The notes under the pieces: model-generated
Databases searched by the model: none
What the model was told of the DNA's origin: nothing
The model's input: only the letters and a program-made list of their open reading frames with translations
Program-made: the position numbers and the translations under genes
From: Neoconidiobolus thromboides FSU 785
Lineage: Eukaryota; Fungi; Entomophthoromycota
DNA: 64,000 nt
NCBI GenBank assembly: GCA_025603075.1
Contig: MU626306.1
Span: 1 to 64,000, forward strand
Direction: 5' to 3'
In this document: piece after piece, positions 52,424-64,000 of the stretch
Numbering within the stretch: the stretch's first letter is position 1
Layout of the letters: every line of letters starts with the position of its first letter

Positions 52424-53305
52424 ATTTAGGCTTTAATAAATACTATACAGGAAAGAATAAAATTGAATAAAAAAAGAATTAATAAAAGTTCTAAACTTTA
52501 CTTGTTTCAATCAAAGGTTCAGGGCTGTGCGAATTGAATCATGGTGCTTAATCTGTTCAATTTTTTAACTGTATTTGGTTGGTTATTGGAGCTTATTAAC
52601 AAAAATGACCTCATATTTTTCCTAGTGTTAAAGCCTTTTTCACTTGAATGCTTTTTATTTTAGAATTCTGCTTTTTTTCAGCCTAATTATTGCTTTAAAT
52701 TATTTTTCGTTTAGTTACTTAGATTAACCATAATTTTAAATATCCAGTTTATTGACTTTTAAATTTAAATTTCAGTGTTTTTAATTTATTACTAGTGTTT
52801 TGATGTAATTTTATTTTTACAAAAATTTACAAATTAACAGTCACTTTGGATCTTTATTTAAAAATTATTATTATAGATTGTTCTTTTATTTATTGTTTTT
52901 CTATATTTAATAATCTTCCTTAATTAAATTTGATTAAACAAGCAGAAATAGAAAATGCAAAAAAAAATACATCAGATAAGTTTAATATAAAGATAAAAAT
53001 TTATTTATAAAATCATAATTATTAATATACAATTAAATTGAATAAAAACTTCTTATTTTAAAAATAATTAAATGACTTTATTAAAATGGCGTCAACATTT
53101 TCCTAGAAATAAGATTAACCAATAGGGAGATTAACAGCTAGAACAACAACACTGGTAATTGGTTAGCACTTTAGTAGGAATTTCACCTTATGACCCAATT
53201 TCTAATCTCAAAAATTCAAAATATCAATTTGTTACGAGTGAGAAAAAAAATCATATAAAGAACTTCTCTATCCCCACTTCTAAAAAAAGTTTTATTCATT
53301 TAATA

Positions 53306-54078
53306 ATGTTACACAACAAACTAATCCTCCTAATAATAATAACAATCTCAATCATACATTGCACTTCGAATAACAGTGCTACAACCATTATCAATAGGCA
53401 CTTAAATAACACTAACAATAGTCTATTAAATCGAAGAAGGTTCCAAAGTGAACTTAAAAATAAGCTAAAGATCCCAAACAAGCCCAATGATTCTTTACCT
53501 AAGGCAGTAGATGGTGTTGAATTAACTGACCCGACACCACAAATACAAAGTACTTTTACCACTTGGGACATCAATGGCCATCCAATTGTAACGACAAAAG
53601 CTGTGGTTCCGTCCGAGTCAGCTCTTATCACTTGGGACCAACTTGGAAGACCAGTAACTATTACTAAAGATAAAGCTGCAGTTACTCATACCAGTACTAT
53701 TGATAATACTTTAGATCCAACATTAACCTCTACTTCAAAGAAAGCAGATAAAGGTAAGCTTCATTATTGCGTTGTTTCAGTATTGAAATCAACTTAAATA
53801 TAAATTTAGGTCTAATGACCTCCAGTACTCCAAAGACAACCATTCCCTTAGGTAGCCCAATGGGTTCAGAGTGGTCCCAAACGAGAAGTAAGTTTAGTAG
53901 AAAGTTACCAATTCCATCAGACACAAGGGGGTCGCTATATACCATTTCTAACCAAGCTAAAGAAGCATCCACCGATGATGGTTCTGCAACAGATTCTAGC
54001 TCCGCTATTGCCTTGAGTGTGTCTAACACGGCTATTTTTGCCATTTACTTTATCATGAGATGGATGGTGTTAGATTAA
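53306..54078 (+). CDS. Secreted Ser/Thr-rich, probably GPI-anchored cell-surface protein, 2 exons
   Basis: Signal peptide, RRR site, two TWD..G.P repeats, intron 53754-53809, small-residue stretch plus hydrophobic C-terminal tail. Confidence 0.7.
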
Positions 54079-55150
54079 GAAGAATTGATGAAGGAGTATG
54101 TGGGAGGTAATGTATACTAGAGTATTCTAATTAATAAATGTAATCGATTTTTAATATCAACTTTGAGATACTGAGATTATAATTATTGTTATAATCTAAT
54201 AGAAATTATTTATCAATTTTTTTGCAAAATTTTGAAGGAAAAACTCACAAATGTTTTATTGTTGGTAAAAATTTAAATTTTATGACTAATTGGCAGATAA
54301 AGGGAAATAAGTGAGAGGGAATAGGTAAGTAGGGATATGGGACTAAGAAGAAGGTGGAAAAGCAACTAGCTCAGATTGGTCTAAGCTATATTAATTTGAT
54401 TTTAAAACTTAAAATATTTTAAAACAGTTTCAAGAATAATTGCAATAAATTAAAGGATTTGAAACAATATTTAAAGCTTAATCTTATAAAATGAAATCAA
54501 TTTAAATGACTTTTAGCAAATGCTTGTTAATACTTTATAGTAACATTAATAAATATTTTAAAATAACATAGCCACCGAAAATCAACGAAGTTCTTGACAC
54601 TAACAAAAGCTATATTCAATTGCATTAAAAAGGCACTAGCATATAGCCAGAAGCTCCCCTATTCAGGTTGGTGTTTCAAATTCATTTTTTTGTTTATCAA
54701 ATTTATGCATAGTCGCGAAAAAATAGCATAAAAAAGTAGGATGTTTCTAATGGATTTTATTCACCTGGTGAAATTAGTTAAAAAGAATAAAACAACTCTT
54801 AATTTTTTTGCATAATTTCAATGCAAGTATTTTGAAATAGTTAAGGCTTTACAAAACAATAACTGTAAACTAGGAATTGGGTAATGGAAGTGAGATTTAG
54901 CTACTAAGAAACTGTATTAAGTAATTGCTAACCTGGTATGACGAATGAGAAATTTGATTTTATAATTTTTTTGGTTTTTTAATGAATAAAAAATTTCAGA
55001 GGATAAATAAAATAAAGCACAGGTATTTTAAAAAGTATAAACTTTAATACAAATAAAGAATAAAATGAATAGTATATAAATGAGACAGAAAGTAGAAAAA
55101 GAAATAAAAGCAAGAAATAATATAACTATAATAACAATACTATTAAAAAA

Positions 55151-56281
55151 ATGTTGAATTTTGCCATAGTTTTGGTTCAATTACTTTATGTAGCTGGTAA
55201 CAATGAATGCTTCTCTCACAATGATAAGGTATATTCAATCAACAAGGATGGTATTGACAGTTATGAGATAAATAGTAACGGCCCATGGAACCAAGTCAAA
55301 TCAATCGATAACATTCAATCTTTTGCTTTAAATAATAATAATAATCAGTTGTTATTTATCACTGATAAATTAAATAGTATGGACCTTAGTAATTATGATG
55401 TTAAGGAACTTTCGAGTGTTCCTACTAATAATTTGATGTTGAGTATGGATGAAGCTGATTCTATTTTATATGCTAAGAGTAGCAGTAACAGCACTCTATA
55501 CGATTATAAATTGAAAACCAAAGAGTTTAATGTATTAAATGAAAATAAAGATACTTCAACTGGAGGATTTCAGTATTATAATAATCAACTAGTTATGTTG
55601 GGTGGAATTGAACAAACGCTAAACGAAATTCAAATATACGATATTACAAGTAAACAGTGGAAAAATCAAAAAATTCAAGGGGATTTACCATCATCACGTA
55701 AAAATTATGATCTTCAAGTAATTGATGACAAATTGTATTTAATTGGTGGAAGGAATTCTAATAACCAAATGATTACTAACAAACTATGGGTATTAGACTT
55801 GAAAGAGTATACCTGGTCTTCAATTTCTTTGAATTCTATTAATCAACTGTTTAATAATAATGAAATTAAATGTCAACTAATTGTTAATAATGAATTTTAT
55901 ACTATCTCTAACAATAACCAAGCTATTAAATTAAACTTACAACAAAACAGTAATCGAAGTTATATAACAAACGACAGTATCATTATATTAAGCAATAATA
56001 CTAACAATGGTAAACCAGAGACTGATAAGACCAATTATTATACAAATAAGATTTTGATTGCTCTAGCTATTGCTTTAGGTATGAATTGTTGTACAGTTGT
56101 TACTTTCTTTTTATATATTGAATTAACAAAGAAATTGGAAAAAATGTTACTTTCTTTTAAAAATAAAAACAGTAATGTTGATAATGCTTCTACCATTGAA
56201 TCCATACGCTCAAGTTCCAAACCTTCATTTGAGTGGAAGGAATCTAAAAATAGCAATACCTTTAAATTGGCTATGAATTAG
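55151..56281 (+). CDS. Kelch-repeat (beta-propeller) single-pass membrane protein, 376 aa
   Basis: Signal peptide; kelch units (LVMLGG...IQIYDI....W; LYLIGGR...LWVLDL..Y.W); C-terminal transmembrane helix. Confidence 0.75.
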   Translation: MLNFAIVLVQLLYVAGNNECFSHNDKVYSINKDGIDSYEINSNGPWNQVKSIDNIQSFALNNNNNQLLFITDKLNSMDLSNYDVKELSSVPTNNLMLSMDEADSILYAKSSSNSTLYDYKLKTKEFNVLNENKDTSTGGFQYYNNQLVMLGGIEQTLNEIQIYDITSKQWKNQKIQGDLPSSRKNYDLQVIDDKLYLIGGRNSNNQMITNKLWVLDLKEYTWSSISLNSINQLFNNNEIKCQLIVNNEFYTISNNNQAIKLNLQQNSNRSYITNDSIIILSNNTNNGKPETDKTNYYTNKILIALAIALGMNCCTVVTFFLYIELTKKLEKMLLSFKNKNSNVDNASTIESIRSSSKPSFEWKESKNSNTFKLAMN

Positions 56282-56371
56282 TTATCATATCTATCTTCTA
56301 TTATTTATATCATTTTTAATAAAAAATAAACAAATTCTTATTTTAATCGAGTTTATAGTTATTCACTATTT

Positions 56372-56461
56372 GAGAATGTATTTTTTTTAAGAACCTTACT
56401 AACAATCTTTCTGCTCAAATAGCGCTCAAAAAACGAAGTAATGAAACCAAAAAACATCCCC
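56372..56461 (+). mobile_element. MITE copy 24
   Basis: ATTT/ATTT TSD. Confidence 0.87.
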
Positions 56462-57220
56462 ATTTATTGTACTATGAGTTTAAATTTAATATTCAAAGAT
56501 ACAATTAGAGTATCTGTTACAAATGAAACGTATAAGTTTATTGCCCTATCCTTATTATTATTTATAAGATACTTCAAAGAGTATAAACATCTAAAAAAAA
56601 TGGTACATAAAACACAAGCACTTCGATTTAGATAATATTTGTAAATAAACTTTAGCTTTATTTATAAAATTAGTATATTCAGTCAAGTATAGTTTACTTG
56701 CTCAGAATGAATCTGAAATCATAAAGCGCCTTCCTCAAATATAGGTTTGAATCTCTTAACAAGTTAAATCTCATGATTTACTAAGTTAATCCTTTTCAAG
56801 ATAGTTAAGTATGATTGGACTAAATGTTAAATTTTAAAAAGGAGCCTGTATATTAACCAATTGTACCAGCCATGGAGTGCTTTGTCAGGATAGGTTTGAA
56901 TATTTACCTAAAAATTTTCAAATTTTTTGAGTCATAAAATGGCAACTATCAAAAGTAAGGAGATAAATAAAAATAAAGATATGATTATAGAAGAAGGTTA
57001 TTTGAAATCAAATAAAAAAAGCTGTTTCTAAATGAAAGGTTAGCCAGTTTCAATAAGATTTAAAATTTCATTTGAAATTCTATTCGAAGAAAGTAATCGC
57101 ACTGAATTTGACACCTCAGCAAAAAAACTTAGTCCAACAAAAAAATTGGTGGCTTCAAAAATTTCAAACTTTAATTCCAAGAAACCCATTTTTTTCACCT
57201 TTAATCAATATCCAAATAAA

Positions 57221-58749
57221 ATGGACTTTTCATCCAGTACAGCTACCGAGTCGCCCGCATGTCCATTATGTCAAAAATCATTCAACCTATTTCGTTCAAA
57301 AAATCATTGCAATTTATGCAATCAAGACTTTTGTTCTTCTTGCCGACATAAGACGAATTTTTTAATAAGTCAATTAAATTCAAAATCTGCTTGTAAAGTT
57401 TGTGCTATCGTTTGTTTGGGTAAGATATTAACTTTTAATGTATAATTTATGTCTAAACAATAGCCGACATTTTCCTTCTTTAGTACCTCAATTAGATTCT
57501 ACTCAAATCACCAAATTACCTATTAAATTAAGCATGGGGATTCTAAAAGCATACGACTTACCAAAGAATCAATTTTTAGAACGAAAAGACATAGTATTAG
57601 CAATTATAAACAAAACAAAATTTACACAAGATACTATAAGATTATATAGAAATAACTGGAATGTTATTGAAAAGGAAATTATTGTTTGGAAAAATTTATT
57701 ACCTCAGATAAGCAATGCATTGGAAAGTGGGTTTAAAGAGAGTGAGAGTAGAAATGGGAATGTGAGAATAGAAAGGAATAGCAGCGGGAATGGTAATATT
57801 GGGAATACGAGTACGAGTGGAAGTAGTAATCAGCAAAATTCATCAGCCGAGATACCTTCCTTTGGCTTGGATGGTTTGTCTGAAATATTTAATGGTTTAC
57901 CATTTGGTAATAATAATAACAATAGTACAAATCAAACACAACACAACAATAATTATAACTATAGCACAAATAATAACCCAGTGAATTTTAATCCCATTCA
58001 AGAATTTTTTCATGGTTTAAATACGACTTTTAATGGTAATGATACTAATCAACAACAACAAGCTCAATATACTTCTAGTACTACTCAAACAAATGCTAAT
58101 TATAATAATCGTCCAAATATGAGTAATAATACACAATCAGCAACTGGAAATGGTTTAAATCAGCAACAAAATAATACTCAACCAAGGCCACAACCAAGTG
58201 GTACCAATATTAATATAAATCATCAAATGAACCATCCATCATCACAAAATAAAGAAACAGCAAATACAAGTAAGTGATGTTTTATTATCTATAATAATTT
58301 AAAACTAATATAATAATACATTAGAGCAAATATTAGAAAATTTAATTAAATCAGAAGATTATGAAGATAAAGTGAAAAAATTGCCTGTTAAACAATTAAA
58401 ACAAATACTAAAAGAGAATTTAATTAATTTTGAGATGATATTAGAAAAGAAGGAATTAATTAATAAAGTAAATTACTTAATCCACTCCACAAAACAACAA
58501 TCTACTCAAAGCGTCACCAACAATGAAATTAGTAACCCTAAATTAGAAGAACATGGATTAGAAGATAACTTTTTGTCAGATGAAAATTTATGCAAAATAT
58601 GTTATGAAAATTCCATTAATTGTGTATTGTTAGATTGTGGTCATTCAATTGCATGTGTTGAATGTGGTAAAGAATTATTAAAAAACTTATTACCTTGTCC
58701 AATTTGTAGAGCGGATATATCAAAAGTTATTCGAATTTATAAATCTTAA
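57221..58749 (+). CDS. FYVE-like zinc finger plus C-terminal C3HC4 RING E3 ligase (RNF34/RFFL-like architecture), 3 exons
   Basis: N-terminal C..C..SF..FRSKNHC..C...FC..C...C..C; SAP-like LPVKQLKQIL....EK.EL; RING CKICY...CVLLDCGH..ACVEC...CPICR. Introns 57420-57483 and 58270-58324. Confidence 0.85.
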
Positions 58750-58878
58750 AATTAATATGAAGTTATTATTAATCAAGATCATTGAAATGACTGAATTTAG
58801 ATTGATTAATATTAGTGATAATAATTAGGAAGATAATAATAATATGATAGTTTAATGATTTTTTATTTTTTATTTTCA

Positions 58879-60381
58879 TTATACCATTTTTTCAGCTAAT
58901 TTAGATTCGTCGATTTGACCTTTAATTACATAATTTAAATTGGAATTCGCTACAGGTGGGGAACTAGAATATGTTTTTCTTCTAATTAAATAAAAAATAT
59001 CAATATCAATGAATTATATCTTACTGTTTTACTTAATAATATTAATACTCGACTTACTTTTCCATTGAACCTCTTGATGGCCAAGTTGGAAACATACTTG
59101 GATCCTTTGGCGTTGGAGCTTCTCTATTATTGTTTTATAATTAAAAATTATTGTTAATATACATATTATCATCAAATTTACTTAAAATAAGGGTGGTTTA
59201 AAGCTTCCTCAGCAGTGATGCGTTGTTCTGGATCATAGCATAATAAACAATTTAATAAATCCATCCCATTTTTAGTTAAGTATTGGAATTTGCTACGTAA
59301 TTGATTGTAACTAAATAAAATAAACATGTCAATAAAAATAAATACGAGTATATCATATGTAAATGCTATGTAGTAATATTTAATAATTCTAACTTACGGA
59401 TATTTTTTAAATTGAAATTTCTGAGCATATGGTAAATTCATATAATTGGGCCAATTATCTCGAGTTGGTGAGCCTAATAGTTTAAAAATCTATGATGTTT
59501 ATATTAATAATTGCCTCAATAAAATAATAATAACAAATTATACTATGTTAAATAATATTGGATAATTACTTACTCTACCAATTTGATCAATTTCTCCTTC
59601 ACCTGGAAATAAAGGTTCATTTAATATTAATTCACCAAAAATACAGCCGATAGACCACATATCGATAGCTTTTGTATATTTTGTTTCTCCCAATAATAAC
59701 TCTGGAGCTCTAATAATAATTAAGGAAAAATCATCAATATCAACTATAGTATAATATATAAAAACAAACTAGACTTACCTATACCATAATGTTACTACTA
59801 ATTGTGTCATTTGATTAATAGGTTCTCCATATTTTCTAGCGAGACCAAAATCCGCAACTTTGATTTCTCCACGGTTTGATAGTAACAAGTTACTAGTTTT
59901 TAAATCTCGATGCAATAACCAATTATCATGTAATAATTTAATAGCTGACAATAATTGTAACATAATAGTTTTAACTTCGGATTGTAAAAAGGGGTTAGGC
60001 ATATCTTTCATCAATGCTTTTAAATCATGTTCAATGAAATCCATAACAATGTAGATACTATTTAATTGGAATTATGTCAATTATAAAATTACTATTTTAA
60101 ATATATAACAGAGCTTACTCATCCAACCTTTTACCAACGACGATTTCTCGAACATTAACGATATTTGGATGCTTTGCAATTAACAGCGCTTGTATTTCCC
60201 TTAACGAAGTTATTGGAAACCCTTGTTTTTCATTTTCTAATTTTAACCTTTTTAAAGCTACTATATCCCCACTAGCTAGTTCTCTGGCTCTATATACAAC
60301 TCCATAAGTTCCTTCATCAATTCGATTTAATTTTTCATAATTATTGATACTTCGACAGCCACTAATAATTGGGGCATCCAT
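58879..60381 (-). CDS. CDK11/CDK10-like (PITSLRE) cyclin-dependent kinase, multi-exon
   Basis: GCRS...[41 protein letters not shown] and VVTLWYR motifs. Confidence 0.93.
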
Positions 60382-60653
60382 TCTGTTAAGGTATATTGGC
60401 GTTTAAATAAATAAAAATTTTTAGTATTTGGAGAGTTAAAATACAATCTATAAATGGTAATAAATTATCAAATTATCAAACTTTAAAATTAGTTAATTGT
60501 TGGCGCCAATAAAATTCTTGAAATTATTCATAAAAGCGTGATTTTAATAGATTTTAAGAGAACAATAAGTGGGTTAATAAAACTCATTGAATTCAATTTA
60601 ATCTTTTTTTGATCTTTTTTATTCATTTTAATCCTATAACCCTTAATAATTCA

Positions 60654-62468
60654 ATGGTGAAACTTAAAAGAGCGGAGGAAATAGGGGAATTAGAAATCTG
60701 TGCACGAACGGCACGAAATTTATCTCAAAAAGTATTAGTAGGTAAACAAAGTCCATTTGTACAATTTAATTTAGATTCCGTTATCAAACAAACGGTAAGT
60801 GATAAGAGAGGAGGAAGAAATCCCCAATGGTCGGACACCATAATATTTCCCATATTAAAAGATCAAGATAAGATATTAGTCACTATTTATAACAGGAAAT
60901 CCAAAGTACAGTCGGATTATATTGGTGAAGTAAGTATTGATTTATTACCAATATTAAAAGAAGGTGAAAAAGATGCCTGGTTTCCGTTAAAAGATCGAGA
61001 TGATTATGCAGGGGATGTTTATATTGAATTTACTTATTATAAAAAAGGAGAACCAAGGGATAGAAATAAAGTTAATGTTACTAGTATTAATGAAATTGAA
61101 GAAGGTTTATCAATATTACAACTAAAAAACATACGTCAAGATCCAAAATTAAATAGTATGGAGTTACCTAAAGATAGATCAATTAACAAAAATACAATGT
61201 TAAACGTGCCTAATAACAATCAAGTATTACGAAAAAATACTAATTCAAGTCAGCTTAGTTTTAATAGTGAAAATAATGATACCACTCCTACTTTAGCCAA
61301 TGAAAACGATTTGGTAGATATATTAGATGAAATACGTTCCTTAGTAGATTATCCCTATCAACTACCTGCCCAAGAAGCACCTTTAGGGCCTGGAGCTTTA
61401 CCACCCATGCGACGTAAACCATTACCCAAACCACCTAATTCCAATCGTAGTTCTAATAGTCAATTATTAACACCCAATAGTAATAATCTTAGTCAAAATG
61501 ATTTATTATTAAATAACAATACACAATCTCCGACTATCATAGAACATCAGTTACAACAGGAAATGGAATTTAATAACAATCATATTCCTATCTTAAATAC
61601 TAATAATAATCAATATAGTGTAGCTCATTTTTATCAACAAAATAATAGTAACTCAAATTTAACCCGTACCCCATCTCCAGCTCCCTCTTCACAAATATCC
61701 GAATTGGTATTAGGTGATGCAATGAATTATCAACGGTATCTTTCATTAACTGGAAGTAATTCAACTGCCTCTTTAACCCGACGTGGTTCTTTAGATAGTA
61801 TAAAAACTGGAACTACAATGGAAGACTATTTAGATCATGATCCCACTGTAGAAATTAAATTTAATAATAGTAAAATACCATCCATAAAAAGAAGGCCTTT
61901 AGAAGCACCTTCAATATTACAATCTCAAAATTTTTATAATCAACGTGTACCTTATCCAGAAGATGTACGTGGTAGACCTTTAATGTATTATCAACAACAT
62001 CAGCAACAGCAACATCAGCAACAATTACTTTCACTACAACAGATGAATATGGTTCCTGTTCCTGTTCCTTTAGTTAATAATGATAATACTCAGTTAACTA
62101 AACCCTTACCTCAATTAAGACCAATACCTTATCCTCCACCATCTCAACACCATACAATGATACCTCCACCATCAGCACATCCATCACATCCACATCATCA
62201 CTTATCTCCTTACACTACAAATTTACATTATCCACAAAGACCAATGTATCATCCACCAACTATGATGGAATATCCACCATCTAGATTTATACAACAACCT
62301 ATTACTAATGGAGTAGGAGAATATTCTCCTGCTCCTAGACCTATGTTTTATTCTCCAAGAGCATTACCACCGCCTATTGTTTCACCTTTAATTAGACCAC
62401 ACGTAACACAAAGACAATTACCTAATCCTTATACTAATCAACCTAGGAGAGGTTCATTGGTAGATTAA
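60654..62468 (+). CDS. Inn1/Fic1-like cytokinesis protein (N-terminal C2 domain plus proline-rich tail)
   Basis: C2 with ARNL, DKRGG.NPQW, LKEGE.D.WF.L and YAGDVYIEFTY, typical of fungal Inn1-like C2; PxxP-rich C-terminus. Confidence 0.8.
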   Translation: MVKLKRAEEIGELEICARTARNLSQKVLVGKQSPFVQFNLDSVIKQTVSDKRGGRNPQWSDTIIFPILKDQDKILVTIYNRKSKVQSDYIGEVSIDLLPILKEGEKDAWFPLKDRDDYAGDVYIEFTYYKKGEPRDRNKVNVTSINEIEEGLSILQLKNIRQDPKLNSMELPKDRSINKNTMLNVPNNNQVLRKNTNSSQLSFNSENNDTTPTLANENDLVDILDEIRSLVDYPYQLPAQEAPLGPGALPPMRRKPLPKPPNSNRSSNSQLLTPNSNNLSQNDLLLNNNTQSPTIIEHQLQQEMEFNNNHIPILNTNNNQYSVAHFYQQNNSNSNLTRTPSPAPSSQISELVLGDAMNYQRYLSLTGSNSTASLTRRGSLDSIKTGTTMEDYLDHDPTVEIKFNNSKIPSIKRRPLEAPSILQSQNFYNQRVPYPEDVRGRPLMYYQQHQQQQHQQQLLSLQQMNMVPVPVPLVNNDNTQLTKPLPQLRPIPYPPPSQHHTMIPPPSAHPSHPHHHLSPYTTNLHYPQRPMYHPPTMMEYPPSRFIQQPITNGVGEYSPAPRPMFYSPRALPPPIVSPLIRPHVTQRQLPNPYTNQPRRGSLVD

Positions 62469-62666
62469 TTAAGTTTAAGTTTTTGAATTCTTTTGAACAT
62501 TAAAGTCGTTAATGTGTTTGTTTTTATAAAATTTAAAATATTTTTTACAAGTTAATTTTTTAAATAATAACAATAAAATAATTTAATAATCCGTTTTAAA
62601 ATAAAATCTCTTAAATTTTAATAACCTTTCAAAAAAAATATTTCTCTTTCGTTTAACTCTTTTTTT

Positions 62667-64000
<1,334 letters not shown>

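Overview
Very AT-rich eukaryotic DNA with short (about 45-80 nt) GT-AG introns. The gene content points to an early-diverging fungus; a Conidiobolus-like entomophthoralean is my inference, not shown directly. The left ~42 kb is gene-sparse. It holds three tandem compact homeobox genes sharing an unrecognised C-terminal motif, a DUF1295 gene, a microprotein, a GPI-PLD-like gene, a three-repeat MYB, a bacillopeptidase-F-like subtilase (broken by an assembly gap) with a deleted 'ghost' copy, a GH15 and a CNT transporter. It also holds several pseudogenes and transposon relics. The right ~22 kb is dense in housekeeping genes (PRP43, carnitine acetyltransferase, AMMECR1, YPI1, GID4, a FYVE-RING E3, CDK11-like, INN1-like C2 protein, VPS4). 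The dominant non-genic signal is a ~99-bp MITE with GGGGATGT...ACATCCCC termini and 4-bp AWNT target-site duplications. I count 24 copies in this window, showing two-directional CpG decay. Other non-coding candidates are a 141-bp foldback, a possible solo LTR and a possible H/ACA snoRNA. All calls come from reading the sequence by eye; no searches were run.
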